Assembly (NCBI GenBank): GCA_963846575.1
Contig: CAWJWJ010000002.1
Span: forward strand, 64,001 to 128,000
Source of the DNA: an uncultured Nitrospiraceae bacterium
GTDB taxonomy: Bacteria > Nitrospirota > Nitrospiria > Nitrospirales > Nitrospiraceae
Direction of reading: 5' to 3'
Length of the DNA: 64,000 bases
The translations under genes were made by a program, and so were the position numbers. Shown here piece by piece: positions 11,089-19,386 of this stretch (position 1 is the first letter of the stretch; each line of letters starts with the position of its first letter). The notes beneath the pieces are model-generated. The model ran no database searches and was not told where the DNA came from. It was given only the letters and a program-made list of their open reading frames with translations.

Positions 11089-13266
11089 ATGCGACTTTTG
11101 AAGAACCTGTTCAATCGTCTGTCCGACAGTCTGCTGGTCACGGTTCCAAGCCGGATCAGGGCAGCTCGGGATTTTGCCTCCGCGCCCGTCCTTCGCCTCG
11201 TCTCCAATAAACCTGCCCTCCCGCCGTCAGGCGAGACTGTCACGAAGCGGGGTCTATCGCATTCCACCGGTCAGTTGGAGGCGCTGGAAGAGGTGCTTCG
11301 GAAAAGCCAGGCCTGGTTTCTGGCGCGACAAGATCCGTCCGAAGGGTATTGGGTCGCCGAACTCGAGGCCGATACGACGCTGACCTCCGAATATCTCATG
11401 CTGCGCCGATTCATGAGTTGCGTCGATCCGGAGCGTGAGCGCAAAGCCATCAGCTATTTAAAGTCGGCCCAACTCCCTGGCGGCGGATGGCCCATTTATC
11501 ACGGAGGTCCCGCCGAGATCAGCGCGTCGGTGAAGGCCTACTTCGCGTTGAAACTTTCCGGTGTGCCGGCGGATGAGCCCTGCATGGCGACTGCCCGCGC
11601 TTGCATCCTTGAAAAAGGTGGTGTGGTCGCGGCCAATGTGTTTACCAAGATCGCCTTGGCATTGTTCGGCCAGTATGACTGGCGCGGTATTCCCAGCATG
11701 CCTCCGGAAATCATGCTTCTGCCGAAGCGATTCTATTTCAGTATTTATGCGATTTCTTATTGGTCCCGCGCGGTGCTGATTCCGTTGTTGATCATTTTTG
11801 CCAAGCGGCCGTTATGCCTGATTCCACGCGAGCAGGGGATCGATGAGTTGTATACCGAACCCCCTGCGCAGATCGATTATGGGACTGTCCCGCCTTTCAA
11901 GAAGGACCGAACCTGGTTAACGGCCAGAAACTTTTTCATCAATCTCGACGCGCTTCTTAAAATCTATGACCGTTCGCCGGTCGAATGGGTAAGGCAGAAA
12001 GCGCTCAAATGCGCCGCGACCTGGATGCTCGATCATATGAAGGGCAGCGGAGGCCTCGGCGCGATCTATCCCGCGATGGCCAATTCCGTTGTGGCGTTGC
12101 ATTGCCTCGGCTACCGCAATGACGATCCTCTCGTCGTGAAGGCGATGCAGGAGATCGAAGATCTTGAGGTGCATGACACGGTGCATATCAACGGCCAATG
12201 TGTTGATGCGATGCATCTGCAGCCCTGTCACTCACCCATCTGGGACACGGCCCTGCTCATCAATGCCCTGTCGGAAGCAGGCATGGCCCAGGACCATCCG
12301 GCACTGCAGAAGGCGGCGACGTGGTTACTCACCAAACAAACGAACACCGTGGCGGATTGGATTATCTCCTCGCCCGGCGCCGAGCCCGGCGGCTGGTATT
12401 TCCAGTTTGAAAACGAACAGTATCCGGACGTCGACGATTCAGCCGTCGTCCTCATGGCACTGGCGAAAGTCCGGCTTCCCGACGAACAGGAGCAACGCGC
12501 AGCGATGCGACGGGGCTGTCGATGGGTCGTCTCCATGCAGGGGTCCGACGGCGGGTGGGGCGCCTATGACGTCGACAACAACCGCATCGTCTTCAACTAC
12601 ATTCCCTTTGCCGATCACCGGGCTCTCTTGGACCCGAGCACCGCTGATCTGGCCGGCCGCTGCCTGGAAATGCTCGCGACCCTGGGGTATGACTGGACCC
12701 ATCCTTCGGTCGCATCGGCCCTGGCTTTCTTAAAGGAAGATCAGGAGCAGGACGGAAGCTGGTATGGCCGGTGGGGCGTGAACTACATCTACGGGACATG
12801 GTCGGTTCTCTCCGGACTGCGGGCAATCGGGGAAGATGTCTCTTCACCATACATTCGCCGGGCCGTCAACTGGGTTGAATCGAAACAAAACCCCGATGGG
12901 GGCTGGGGTGAGTCCTGCTTATCCTATGGGGATGTCTCGCAGAGTGGGCGCGGGGAGAGCACTCCGTCGCAAACGGCCTGGGCCATCTTGGCCCTCATGG
13001 CCGGCGGCGTGACGGATTCCTTCAGTCTGGCGCGGGGTGTCCATTACCTCATTCGGAATCAGCGGAAAGATGGGTCCTGGGAAGAGGTGCGCCATACTGG
13101 AACGGGATTTCCGCGGGTGTTTTATCTTCGTTACCATTGGTACTGTCAGTACTTTCCCCTCTGGGCCTTGGCCATGTACCGCAATCTCAAGACTCGTGGA
13201 ACGACGAGGGCAGATGAATTGCGTGAGCAGGCGTATCGATCAGGACAGTTCAGATCACCACGCTGA
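11089..13266 (+). CDS. shc: Squalene-hopene cyclase
   Basis: Catalytic YPDVDDSA (DxDD), QW repeats (QGSDGGWG, QEQDGSW, QNPDGGWGE), WYGRWGVNYIYGT, TGTGFPRVFYLRY. Start uncertain (11029, 11032 or 11089). Confidence 0.96.
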   Translation: MRLLKNLFNRLSDSLLVTVPSRIRAARDFASAPVLRLVSNKPALPPSGETVTKRGLSHSTGQLEALEEVLRKSQAWFLARQDPSEGYWVAELEADTTLTSEYLMLRRFMSCVDPERERKAISYLKSAQLPGGGWPIYHGGPAEISASVKAYFALKLSGVPADEPCMATARACILEKGGVVAANVFTKIALALFGQYDWRGIPSMPPEIMLLPKRFYFSIYAISYWSRAVLIPLLIIFAKRPLCLIPREQGIDELYTEPPAQIDYGTVPPFKKDRTWLTARNFFINLDALLKIYDRSPVEWVRQKALKCAATWMLDHMKGSGGLGAIYPAMANSVVALHCLGYRNDDPLVVKAMQEIEDLEVHDTVHINGQCVDAMHLQPCHSPIWDTALLINALSEAGMAQDHPALQKAATWLLTKQTNTVADWIISSPGAEPGGWYFQFENEQYPDVDDSAVVLMALAKVRLPDEQEQRAAMRRGCRWVVSMQGSDGGWGAYDVDNNRIVFNYIPFADHRALLDPSTADLAGRCLEMLATLGYDWTHPSVASALAFLKEDQEQDGSWYGRWGVNYIYGTWSVLSGLRAIGEDVSSPYIRRAVNWVESKQNPDGGWGESCLSYGDVSQSGRGESTPSQTAWAILALMAGGVTDSFSLARGVHYLIRNQRKDGSWEEVRHTGTGFPRVFYLRYHWYCQYFPLWALAMYRNLKTRGTTRADELREQAYRSGQFRSPR

Positions 13267-13314
13267 CGCTGTGGGTCCATCCCTCCCAGCCACTTTTGAT
13301 TTCCACACTCGGGA

Positions 13315-14076
13315 GTGCCCGTGACCGCCATTGGACTGTTCGCGGCTACTCGATGGGAGGCGGAGGCGGTTCGTCAGGCTCTGGCCCCAACCGATCGGCG
13401 ATTGATCGGGGGTATTGTGTGTCTGGTGGCACGACGGCCTCACCTGGACTGGTGGATCATTCCGATGGGTGTCGGTCCGGAGCGGGCGGCTGTAACAGCG
13501 CGCACCGTGCTCGCGGAGCAACGTTTTGCGGCGATCTGGTCGACAGGGTTCGCCTGCGCATTACGGACGGCCGCCATCGGTGACATCTTGATGGGCACCC
13601 AGGTAGCCGCAGTGGGCGAATCGCCTAGGCAGGCGCCGTCTCTCTGCTCTCCGGCAATGACTGATTGGGTGAGGCACGCCATGCGACGCCAACAGCTATC
13701 CGTACAGTCCGGCCCGTTTGTTTCAGTGCCGACGGTCCTGTGGCGGGCTAACGAGAAACGCGAACTCGCTCATCGCGCGGGCGCGATGGGGCTCGATATG
13801 GAGAGTGCGGCGCTGGGCCTGGCGGCAGCGCAGCGGCAGATTCCGTTTGGGATCGTGCGCACCGTGTCGGATCTTCTTGACGAAGATCTTCCTCTTGACT
13901 TCAATCTCTTTCTCAGGCCATCTGGATGGGCCAGGGGTGTGGCTGCCTGCCTGGCTCATCCGACGAGCCTCGTCGGACTCAATCGACTACGTATGCAAAG
14001 TCGTCTGGCCGGGGCCCGGTTGACGGCCGTCTATCGAGCCTGCGCCGATCTGAACGGTCTCGAAGGTCTGGTCTGA
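13315..14076 (+). CDS. hpnG: Hopanoid-associated nucleoside phosphorylase (HpnG-like, PNP/MTAN fold)
   Basis: GVGPERA, STGFA, LDMESAA, VRTVSD, DLP motifs; immediately downstream of shc. Confidence 0.75.
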   Translation: MPVTAIGLFAATRWEAEAVRQALAPTDRRLIGGIVCLVARRPHLDWWIIPMGVGPERAAVTARTVLAEQRFAAIWSTGFACALRTAAIGDILMGTQVAAVGESPRQAPSLCSPAMTDWVRHAMRRQQLSVQSGPFVSVPTVLWRANEKRELAHRAGAMGLDMESAALGLAAAQRQIPFGIVRTVSDLLDEDLPLDFNLFLRPSGWARGVAACLAHPTSLVGLNRLRMQSRLAGARLTAVYRACADLNGLEGLV

Positions 14077-14134
14077 CAGGGCAAACAACGTGAGAGATAC
14101 CGCTTTTGGGGCGGGCGGACGGAAGGAGTTCGGC

Positions 14135-14902
14135 GTGGAGGGGATTGCGCGCATCGGACGATATACCCTGGACATTACGGAGCAACTGGGGCGGATGATG
14201 CTCTTCCTTCTCTCCTCCTTCGCCTGGTTGACCAGGCCGCCATTTCGGCTGTATCAGATCGTCAAACAACTCAATTTCATCGGCTATAAATCCACATTCG
14301 TAGTTGTGCTGACCGCCGTGTTTACCGGAATGGTGCTCGCGCTTCAGGGATACTACACGCTACGAAAGTTCGGTTCTGAAGCCGTGCTTGGCTCGGCGGT
14401 GGCACTGAGTATCATTCGGGAATTGGGGCCGGTGCTCGCGGCCCTCATGGTCACGGCCCGGGCCGGATCCGCCATGACGGCGGAGATCGGCATCATGCGG
14501 ATCACGGAGCAGATCGACGCCTTGGATACGATGTCGATTAATCCCCTGCAATACTTAATAGGTCCGAAGCTCGTCGCCGGGTTGATTGCCGTGCCTTTGC
14601 TGGTGGCGCTCTTCGACGTCGTGGGGATCTACGGCGGATACGTCGTTGGCGTGCAACTGCTGAACGGTAATGAAGGCGCCTATTGGAGTTCAATTGAATC
14701 GGCAGTGGAATGGAAGGATGTATACGGTGGCATTCTAAAATCCATCAGCTTCGGACTCCTGATCAGCTGGATATGCTGTTATAAGGGTTTTTATACGAGA
14801 CAGAGTGCCGAGGGATTGGGCACCGCGACGACCGAAGCCGTGGTGCTATCGGCGGTCCTGATTCTCGTGTGGGATTATTTCCTGACGTCGGTGTTGCTCT
14901 GA
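14135..14902 (+). CDS. mlaE: MlaE family ABC transporter permease
   Basis: FTGMVLALQ, IIRELGPVLAALMVTARAGSAMTAEIGIMRITEQIDAL, GTATTEAVV. Start GTG 14135 after GGAAGGAG. Confidence 0.93.
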   Translation: MEGIARIGRYTLDITEQLGRMMLFLLSSFAWLTRPPFRLYQIVKQLNFIGYKSTFVVVLTAVFTGMVLALQGYYTLRKFGSEAVLGSAVALSIIRELGPVLAALMVTARAGSAMTAEIGIMRITEQIDALDTMSINPLQYLIGPKLVAGLIAVPLLVALFDVVGIYGGYVVGVQLLNGNEGAYWSSIESAVEWKDVYGGILKSISFGLLISWICCYKGFYTRQSAEGLGTATTEAVVLSAVLILVWDYFLTSVLL

Positions 14903-14969
14903 TGGCCTTCATGTGTGAGTCGAATCGACCGGACATTCCAAGCAGTGGCGCAGCACGGACGGAGCACGC

Positions 14970-15731
14970 GTGATTAAGCTGGTCGGGGTTGAAAAGACGC
15001 TGGGCGGGCAACATGTCTTGCGAGGGGTGGACTTGTCGATCCCCGCCGGAAAACTCACCACGATTATCGGTCGAAGCGGCTCGGGCAAGAGCGTGTTGCT
15101 CAAGCACATGATCGGCCTCATGCCGCCTGATCGCGGGCAGGTCATGATTGACGGGACTGACATCGCGCGTATGAAGGGGCAGGCGCTCAACGAGGTCCGC
15201 AAAAAGTTCGCCATGTTATTTCAGAACGCTGCGCTGTTCGATTCGATGTCGGTCTTTGACAATGTCGCCTTCCCGCTCCGGGAGAAGCTTCGCCTGAAGG
15301 GTGAGACGGTCACTCGACGGGTCGAGGAGAAACTGGAACAGGTGGGCCTGTCCGGCATGGGGCACAAATTTCCCGCGGAACTCAGCGGAGGCATGCGCAA
15401 GCGAGCGGGGTTGGCTCGTGCATTGGTGATGGAGCCGGAAATTATCCTCTTCGATGAGCCGACGACCGGCCTGGATCCCTTGATGGCGAAATCCATTCAC
15501 GATTTGATCCTGGCCATGCAGCGTCAGTTCGGGTTCACCGCCGTCATGGTGAGCCACGAGATTCCGGAGATTTTCGGCATCTCGGACTATGTAGCGATGC
15601 TCATGAACGGGCGGATCGCCGAGATGGCATCCTCAGACGAATTCGTCAAGACGACCGATGAAGAGATCAGGGAGTTTATTTTTGTCGGAGGGTCCTTTCC
15701 GGCGAAAGGGTTGCCGGCCGCATCCCGCTGA
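14970..15731 (+). CDS. mlaF: MlaF family ABC transporter ATP-binding protein
   Basis: GRSGSGKS, LFQNAALFDSM, ELSGGMRKRAGLARAL, DEPTTGLDP. Confidence 0.92.
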   Translation: MIKLVGVEKTLGGQHVLRGVDLSIPAGKLTTIIGRSGSGKSVLLKHMIGLMPPDRGQVMIDGTDIARMKGQALNEVRKKFAMLFQNAALFDSMSVFDNVAFPLREKLRLKGETVTRRVEEKLEQVGLSGMGHKFPAELSGGMRKRAGLARALVMEPEIILFDEPTTGLDPLMAKSIHDLILAMQRQFGFTAVMVSHEIPEIFGISDYVAMLMNGRIAEMASSDEFVKTTDEEIREFIFVGGSFPAKGLPAASR

Positions 15732-15742
15732 TAGGAGACCAC

Positions 15743-16186
15743 ATGGAACGTGCAAAACTTGAGTTTATGGTGGGCGTCTTCGTGCTCGTCGGGGTGGCTT
15801 GCCTGGGATATCTGTCCGTTAAACTGGGCAAGTTGGAAGTCATCGGCGGGAATAATTATGCCGTCGAAGCGGAGTTTACGTCGGCCTCCGGTCTGAAACC
15901 GGGCGCCTCGGTAGAAATAGCCGGCGTCGAGGTCGGACGTGTCCGCCAGATTGGATTGAACACCGACCGGGCTGTGGTGGCCTTGGCGATCCAGGACGGG
16001 ATTAAACTGTATTCAGACACGATTGCCTCCATCAAGACGCGCGGAATCATCGGCGACAAGTATCTGGCTTTGTCCGTCGGAGGAGGCGGCGATCCACTGA
16101 AGCCGGGAGACAAAATCCGGGATACAGAATCCGGGCTTGATCTGGAGGAACTGGTCAGCCAGTATGTGCATGGGAAAGTCAATTAG
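15743..16186 (+). CDS. mlaD: Single-MCE-domain protein MlaD
   Basis: N-terminal TM helix, GLKPGASVEIAGVEVGRV, IKTRGIIGDKYL, LEELVSQY. Confidence 0.92.
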   Translation: MERAKLEFMVGVFVLVGVACLGYLSVKLGKLEVIGGNNYAVEAEFTSASGLKPGASVEIAGVEVGRVRQIGLNTDRAVVALAIQDGIKLYSDTIASIKTRGIIGDKYLALSVGGGGDPLKPGDKIRDTESGLDLEELVSQYVHGKVN

Positions 16187-16273
16187 TCTGTGCAGGAGGC
16201 ACCTGGAGTGATGGGACATCATCAACGAAACCAACAATTAGTCAAGTATGCCACTCTCAGGAGAGGTATAGGG

Positions 16274-16888
16274 ATGAACGGACTGCGATGGGCGATGATC
16301 GGGGCGATGCTGCTCCTGCAATTGTTCACGGGAGGGCCGTCCTCCGCGGTGGGGGGGGCAGCGACGGATTTGTTGAAGGGCACCATCGATGAAGTGCTGA
16401 AGATTTTGAACGACAAAGAAATGAAAGAGCCTGCCAGACACGAAGATCGTCGCCAGCGCTTGGAGAAGGTCGTCGCGGCCCGATTTGATTATCCGGAAAT
16501 GTCCCGGCGCTCCCTGGGCGCGCAGTGGAACCAATTGTCCGAGAAAGACAAACAGGAGTTTGTGGATCTGTTTCGAACGCTCTTGACCAATACCTATGCC
16601 GATAAAGTAGAAACCTATTCGGGCGAGGGTGTGCAGTACCTCAATGAGCGGACGGAAAAAGAATACGCGGAGGTGCGTACCAAAGTCTTATCCGGAAAAA
16701 CTGAAATCCCCATGGACTACCGGCTTTTGCACAAGGACAACGATTGGCGAGTGTACGATGTCGTGGTCGATGGTGTGAGCCTGGTGAATAATTATCGCGG
16801 TCAGTTCACGAAGATCCTCCACACGTCCTCCTATCCCGGCCTCGTAGATCAACTCCGCAAGAAATCAGATAAGATCAAAGCCCCCTAG
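16274..16888 (+). CDS. mlaC: MlaC/Ttg2D (HpnM-like) periplasmic lipid-binding protein
   Basis: Signal peptide, FDYPEMSRRSLG, WRVYDVVVDGVSLVNNYRGQF. Start uncertain (16211 or 16274). Confidence 0.88.
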   Translation: MNGLRWAMIGAMLLLQLFTGGPSSAVGGAATDLLKGTIDEVLKILNDKEMKEPARHEDRRQRLEKVVAARFDYPEMSRRSLGAQWNQLSEKDKQEFVDLFRTLLTNTYADKVETYSGEGVQYLNERTEKEYAEVRTKVLSGKTEIPMDYRLLHKDNDWRVYDVVVDGVSLVNNYRGQFTKILHTSSYPGLVDQLRKKSDKIKAP

Positions 16889-16917
16889 CCTGGGGGCGAG
16901 CGACTCCGGCAAGCGCC

Positions 16918-18123
16918 ATGCAGTGTAATCATTTGCTGTCGATTCGTTTCTTCCTGGCGCTCCTCGGACTCCTGTTCGTGAGCCTTCCGGCTCCGACCCG
17001 CGCGGACACCCAGATTTTTCCGATCCCCTCTGTCTCAACCAGCAGAAACGACGGAAACGACGCGGGCTTGATTATGCCCATCCTCATTTCTGATCCGGAC
17101 GGCGAACTCAAATATCTCATGGCCCCGATGCTCATTCAGAATTCGATCGTGGGCAGTCGGGCGGTCTTTAATCTGTTCAAATACGACCCCGGTGGTCGTC
17201 AGATGCGGTTCATCGCGTCACTGACCGAGCGGATCGAACGCAAGGTGCTGTTTGATTACGTGGATCCGGCCTTTGGTAACGGGCAATATTATCTGAACTT
17301 CGGAGGCACCTTCTTTAAGAATGCCACCTCGCGATTTTACGGGCTCGGTCAGTCGACGGTGCAGGGCGATGAGACGAACTATACGGCCAGGGAGGCGGGC
17401 GCGTACTGGAGGCTTGGTCTACGCGCCAATGAGGTGACGCAGATCTCCGTGGGACAACGGGTTCGGCAGGTCCGGCTTCAGCGGGGTGCCACGGATCTAC
17501 CTTTTTCGGTCGAGCAGTTTCCAAATGTCCCCGGGGTTTCGGATGAGTCCATCATTGTGGGACATCGCGCCTCCTTCTACTATGATACCCGGGACAGTCT
17601 GGTGACGCCGACCGACGGCGTGGCCGTGTCTGCATATGCGGAACTGAATCAGAATGTGAGAAACAGCAATCATCCGGTCTATTCGCGTTATGAAATCGAG
17701 ATCAAGAAATTGTTCCCGAGTGAATCGAAACGCGCCATTCTAGTCGTCCGTGCCGATTTGCAGGCGACACTGGGGTCGGATGTTCCGTTTTTTGAACAGT
17801 CCTCGCTGGGCGGACAGAATAACTTGCGCGGGTTCGGTCAGGACCGGTACATAGACAAGCATTTGATCGCCTTCAGCATCGAAGAGCGTATCCACGTCTT
17901 GCGGACGAAACTGGCAGGAGTGACGGCAGATTTTGAAGTGGCACCGTTCCTGGATACGGGGCAGGTGTTCAACTCGTTCAAGGATGTCAGTTTTCAGGAC
18001 TATCGCATGACCCCGGGGGTCGGCTTTCGGGCGATCGTTCGGCCTAACGTCGTGGGCCGTATCGACTATGGATACAGCCGCGAGGGTGGAGCAGTATTTG
18101 CGGGTTTGGATTTCCCCTACTAG
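16918..18123 (+). CDS. Omp85 (BamA/TamA) family beta-barrel without POTRA domains
   Basis: Signal peptide, YDTRDS, LGGQNNLRGF (VRGF-like loop 6 motif), amphipathic strands, aromatic C-terminus GLDFPY; ~400 aa leaves no room for POTRA domains. Confidence 0.75.
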   Translation: MQCNHLLSIRFFLALLGLLFVSLPAPTRADTQIFPIPSVSTSRNDGNDAGLIMPILISDPDGELKYLMAPMLIQNSIVGSRAVFNLFKYDPGGRQMRFIASLTERIERKVLFDYVDPAFGNGQYYLNFGGTFFKNATSRFYGLGQSTVQGDETNYTAREAGAYWRLGLRANEVTQISVGQRVRQVRLQRGATDLPFSVEQFPNVPGVSDESIIVGHRASFYYDTRDSLVTPTDGVAVSAYAELNQNVRNSNHPVYSRYEIEIKKLFPSESKRAILVVRADLQATLGSDVPFFEQSSLGGQNNLRGFGQDRYIDKHLIAFSIEERIHVLRTKLAGVTADFEVAPFLDTGQVFNSFKDVSFQDYRMTPGVGFRAIVRPNVVGRIDYGYSREGGAVFAGLDFPY

Positions 18124-18132
18124 TCTGAGGGA

Positions 18133-19149
18133 GTGAAGCCGGTCATCACGATGCGGCAGATCATTCTATTCTTCTTAAGCCTGGCCACCCTCTGTGCGAC
18201 TCCTGCCGTGCTTCAGGCCGAGGGGTTTGGTCCTTTCCCCGTCCGGAACTTTCAGGCCATTGATCAACTGGTCCTGGCCATGCCGGGCGAACGGGCGGCA
18301 GTCCTGCGCAAGGGAGATTTTGACGTGCGGCTTGAAGTGGCCAATACAGCCACCATTGCCAGGGACAGCGAGCAACAGGCCAACGTTATTATGAAGTTTG
18401 AGACCATTCGCACTGGGCTTTTTCTACGGTATGGACTGAGCGACCGGTTGGAGATTGGTGCAGAGGTACCCGTGCTTCACCGCTACGGCGGCTTCATGGA
18501 TGGTGCCATCAAGGGAGTGGAGCGTGCGACCACGGGGGTCTCGCCGCCGCGGAAGGCGCTTGAGGGAACCCACTATGCGTTCAACATCTCTAATGGTGGA
18601 CGAAATTTGTTCCGAGGGACTGAGGGTGCCACTGGGCTGGGAGATCTCTCCTTCTATGGGAAATACCAGCTGCTGAAAGAAACCTCCACGGTTCCCGCCC
18701 TGTCCATTCGGGTCGCCGCAAAGGCTCCCACCGGAGACACCGGAGAAGTGTTCGGCAGTGGCCATCCTGACGCAGGCGTCGGCATTGCCGTCGAGAAGAG
18801 CCTGGCCTCCAGCTGGATCGTGTATGCCAATCTAAACGGGATTTTCCCGACGGGAACAATCGCCGGACTTGGGCTGCAGCCGGTCGTGAATGGCCTGGTC
18901 GCCGTGGAATACGTATGGACAGAGAATTTTTCCCTGACTACCCAGTTTGATTATTATTCGCCGCCCTTCCATGGCACCGGGACCCGGGTGCTGGACAAGG
19001 GAGTGACGGAAGTAGTGGTAGGCGCGAGTTACCTCGTCTCGCCAGGCTGGTTATGGCAGCTCTACGCGGTTGAAAATGTGGACTTCATCACCGGCAGCGC
19101 GGCAGATTTTACGCTTTCGACCTTGCTGACGTATCGTTTTCGTTCGTAG
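18133..19149 (+). CDS. Outer membrane beta-barrel, DUF3187-like
   Basis: Signal peptide, GPFPVRNFQ N-terminus, GLGDLSFYGKYQL...KAPTGD strand motif, C-terminal LTYRF. Confidence 0.6.
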   Translation: MKPVITMRQIILFFLSLATLCATPAVLQAEGFGPFPVRNFQAIDQLVLAMPGERAAVLRKGDFDVRLEVANTATIARDSEQQANVIMKFETIRTGLFLRYGLSDRLEIGAEVPVLHRYGGFMDGAIKGVERATTGVSPPRKALEGTHYAFNISNGGRNLFRGTEGATGLGDLSFYGKYQLLKETSTVPALSIRVAAKAPTGDTGEVFGSGHPDAGVGIAVEKSLASSWIVYANLNGIFPTGTIAGLGLQPVVNGLVAVEYVWTENFSLTTQFDYYSPPFHGTGTRVLDKGVTEVVVGASYLVSPGWLWQLYAVENVDFITGSAADFTLSTLLTYRFRS

Positions 19150-19386
19150 CAGCACTGGCACAGTCGTAAGGCGTGGCAATGTCCGAGGTTGAGGAAGCCA
19201 TAAGGGCTCCTATTACTGGTAGCAGAAGGGAAATCTTGACATGAGCTGTCGCATATGTGAGGATGAAACGACGTATACGAAACTTCTTGCGCTGCTTCAT
19301 CGCCATCTTCTCAATACGAATACTTCCTACTGAATGATCACCTATACCCGCGTCCTGTTGTCAGGCTTTGACAAGGAGATCGTGCA

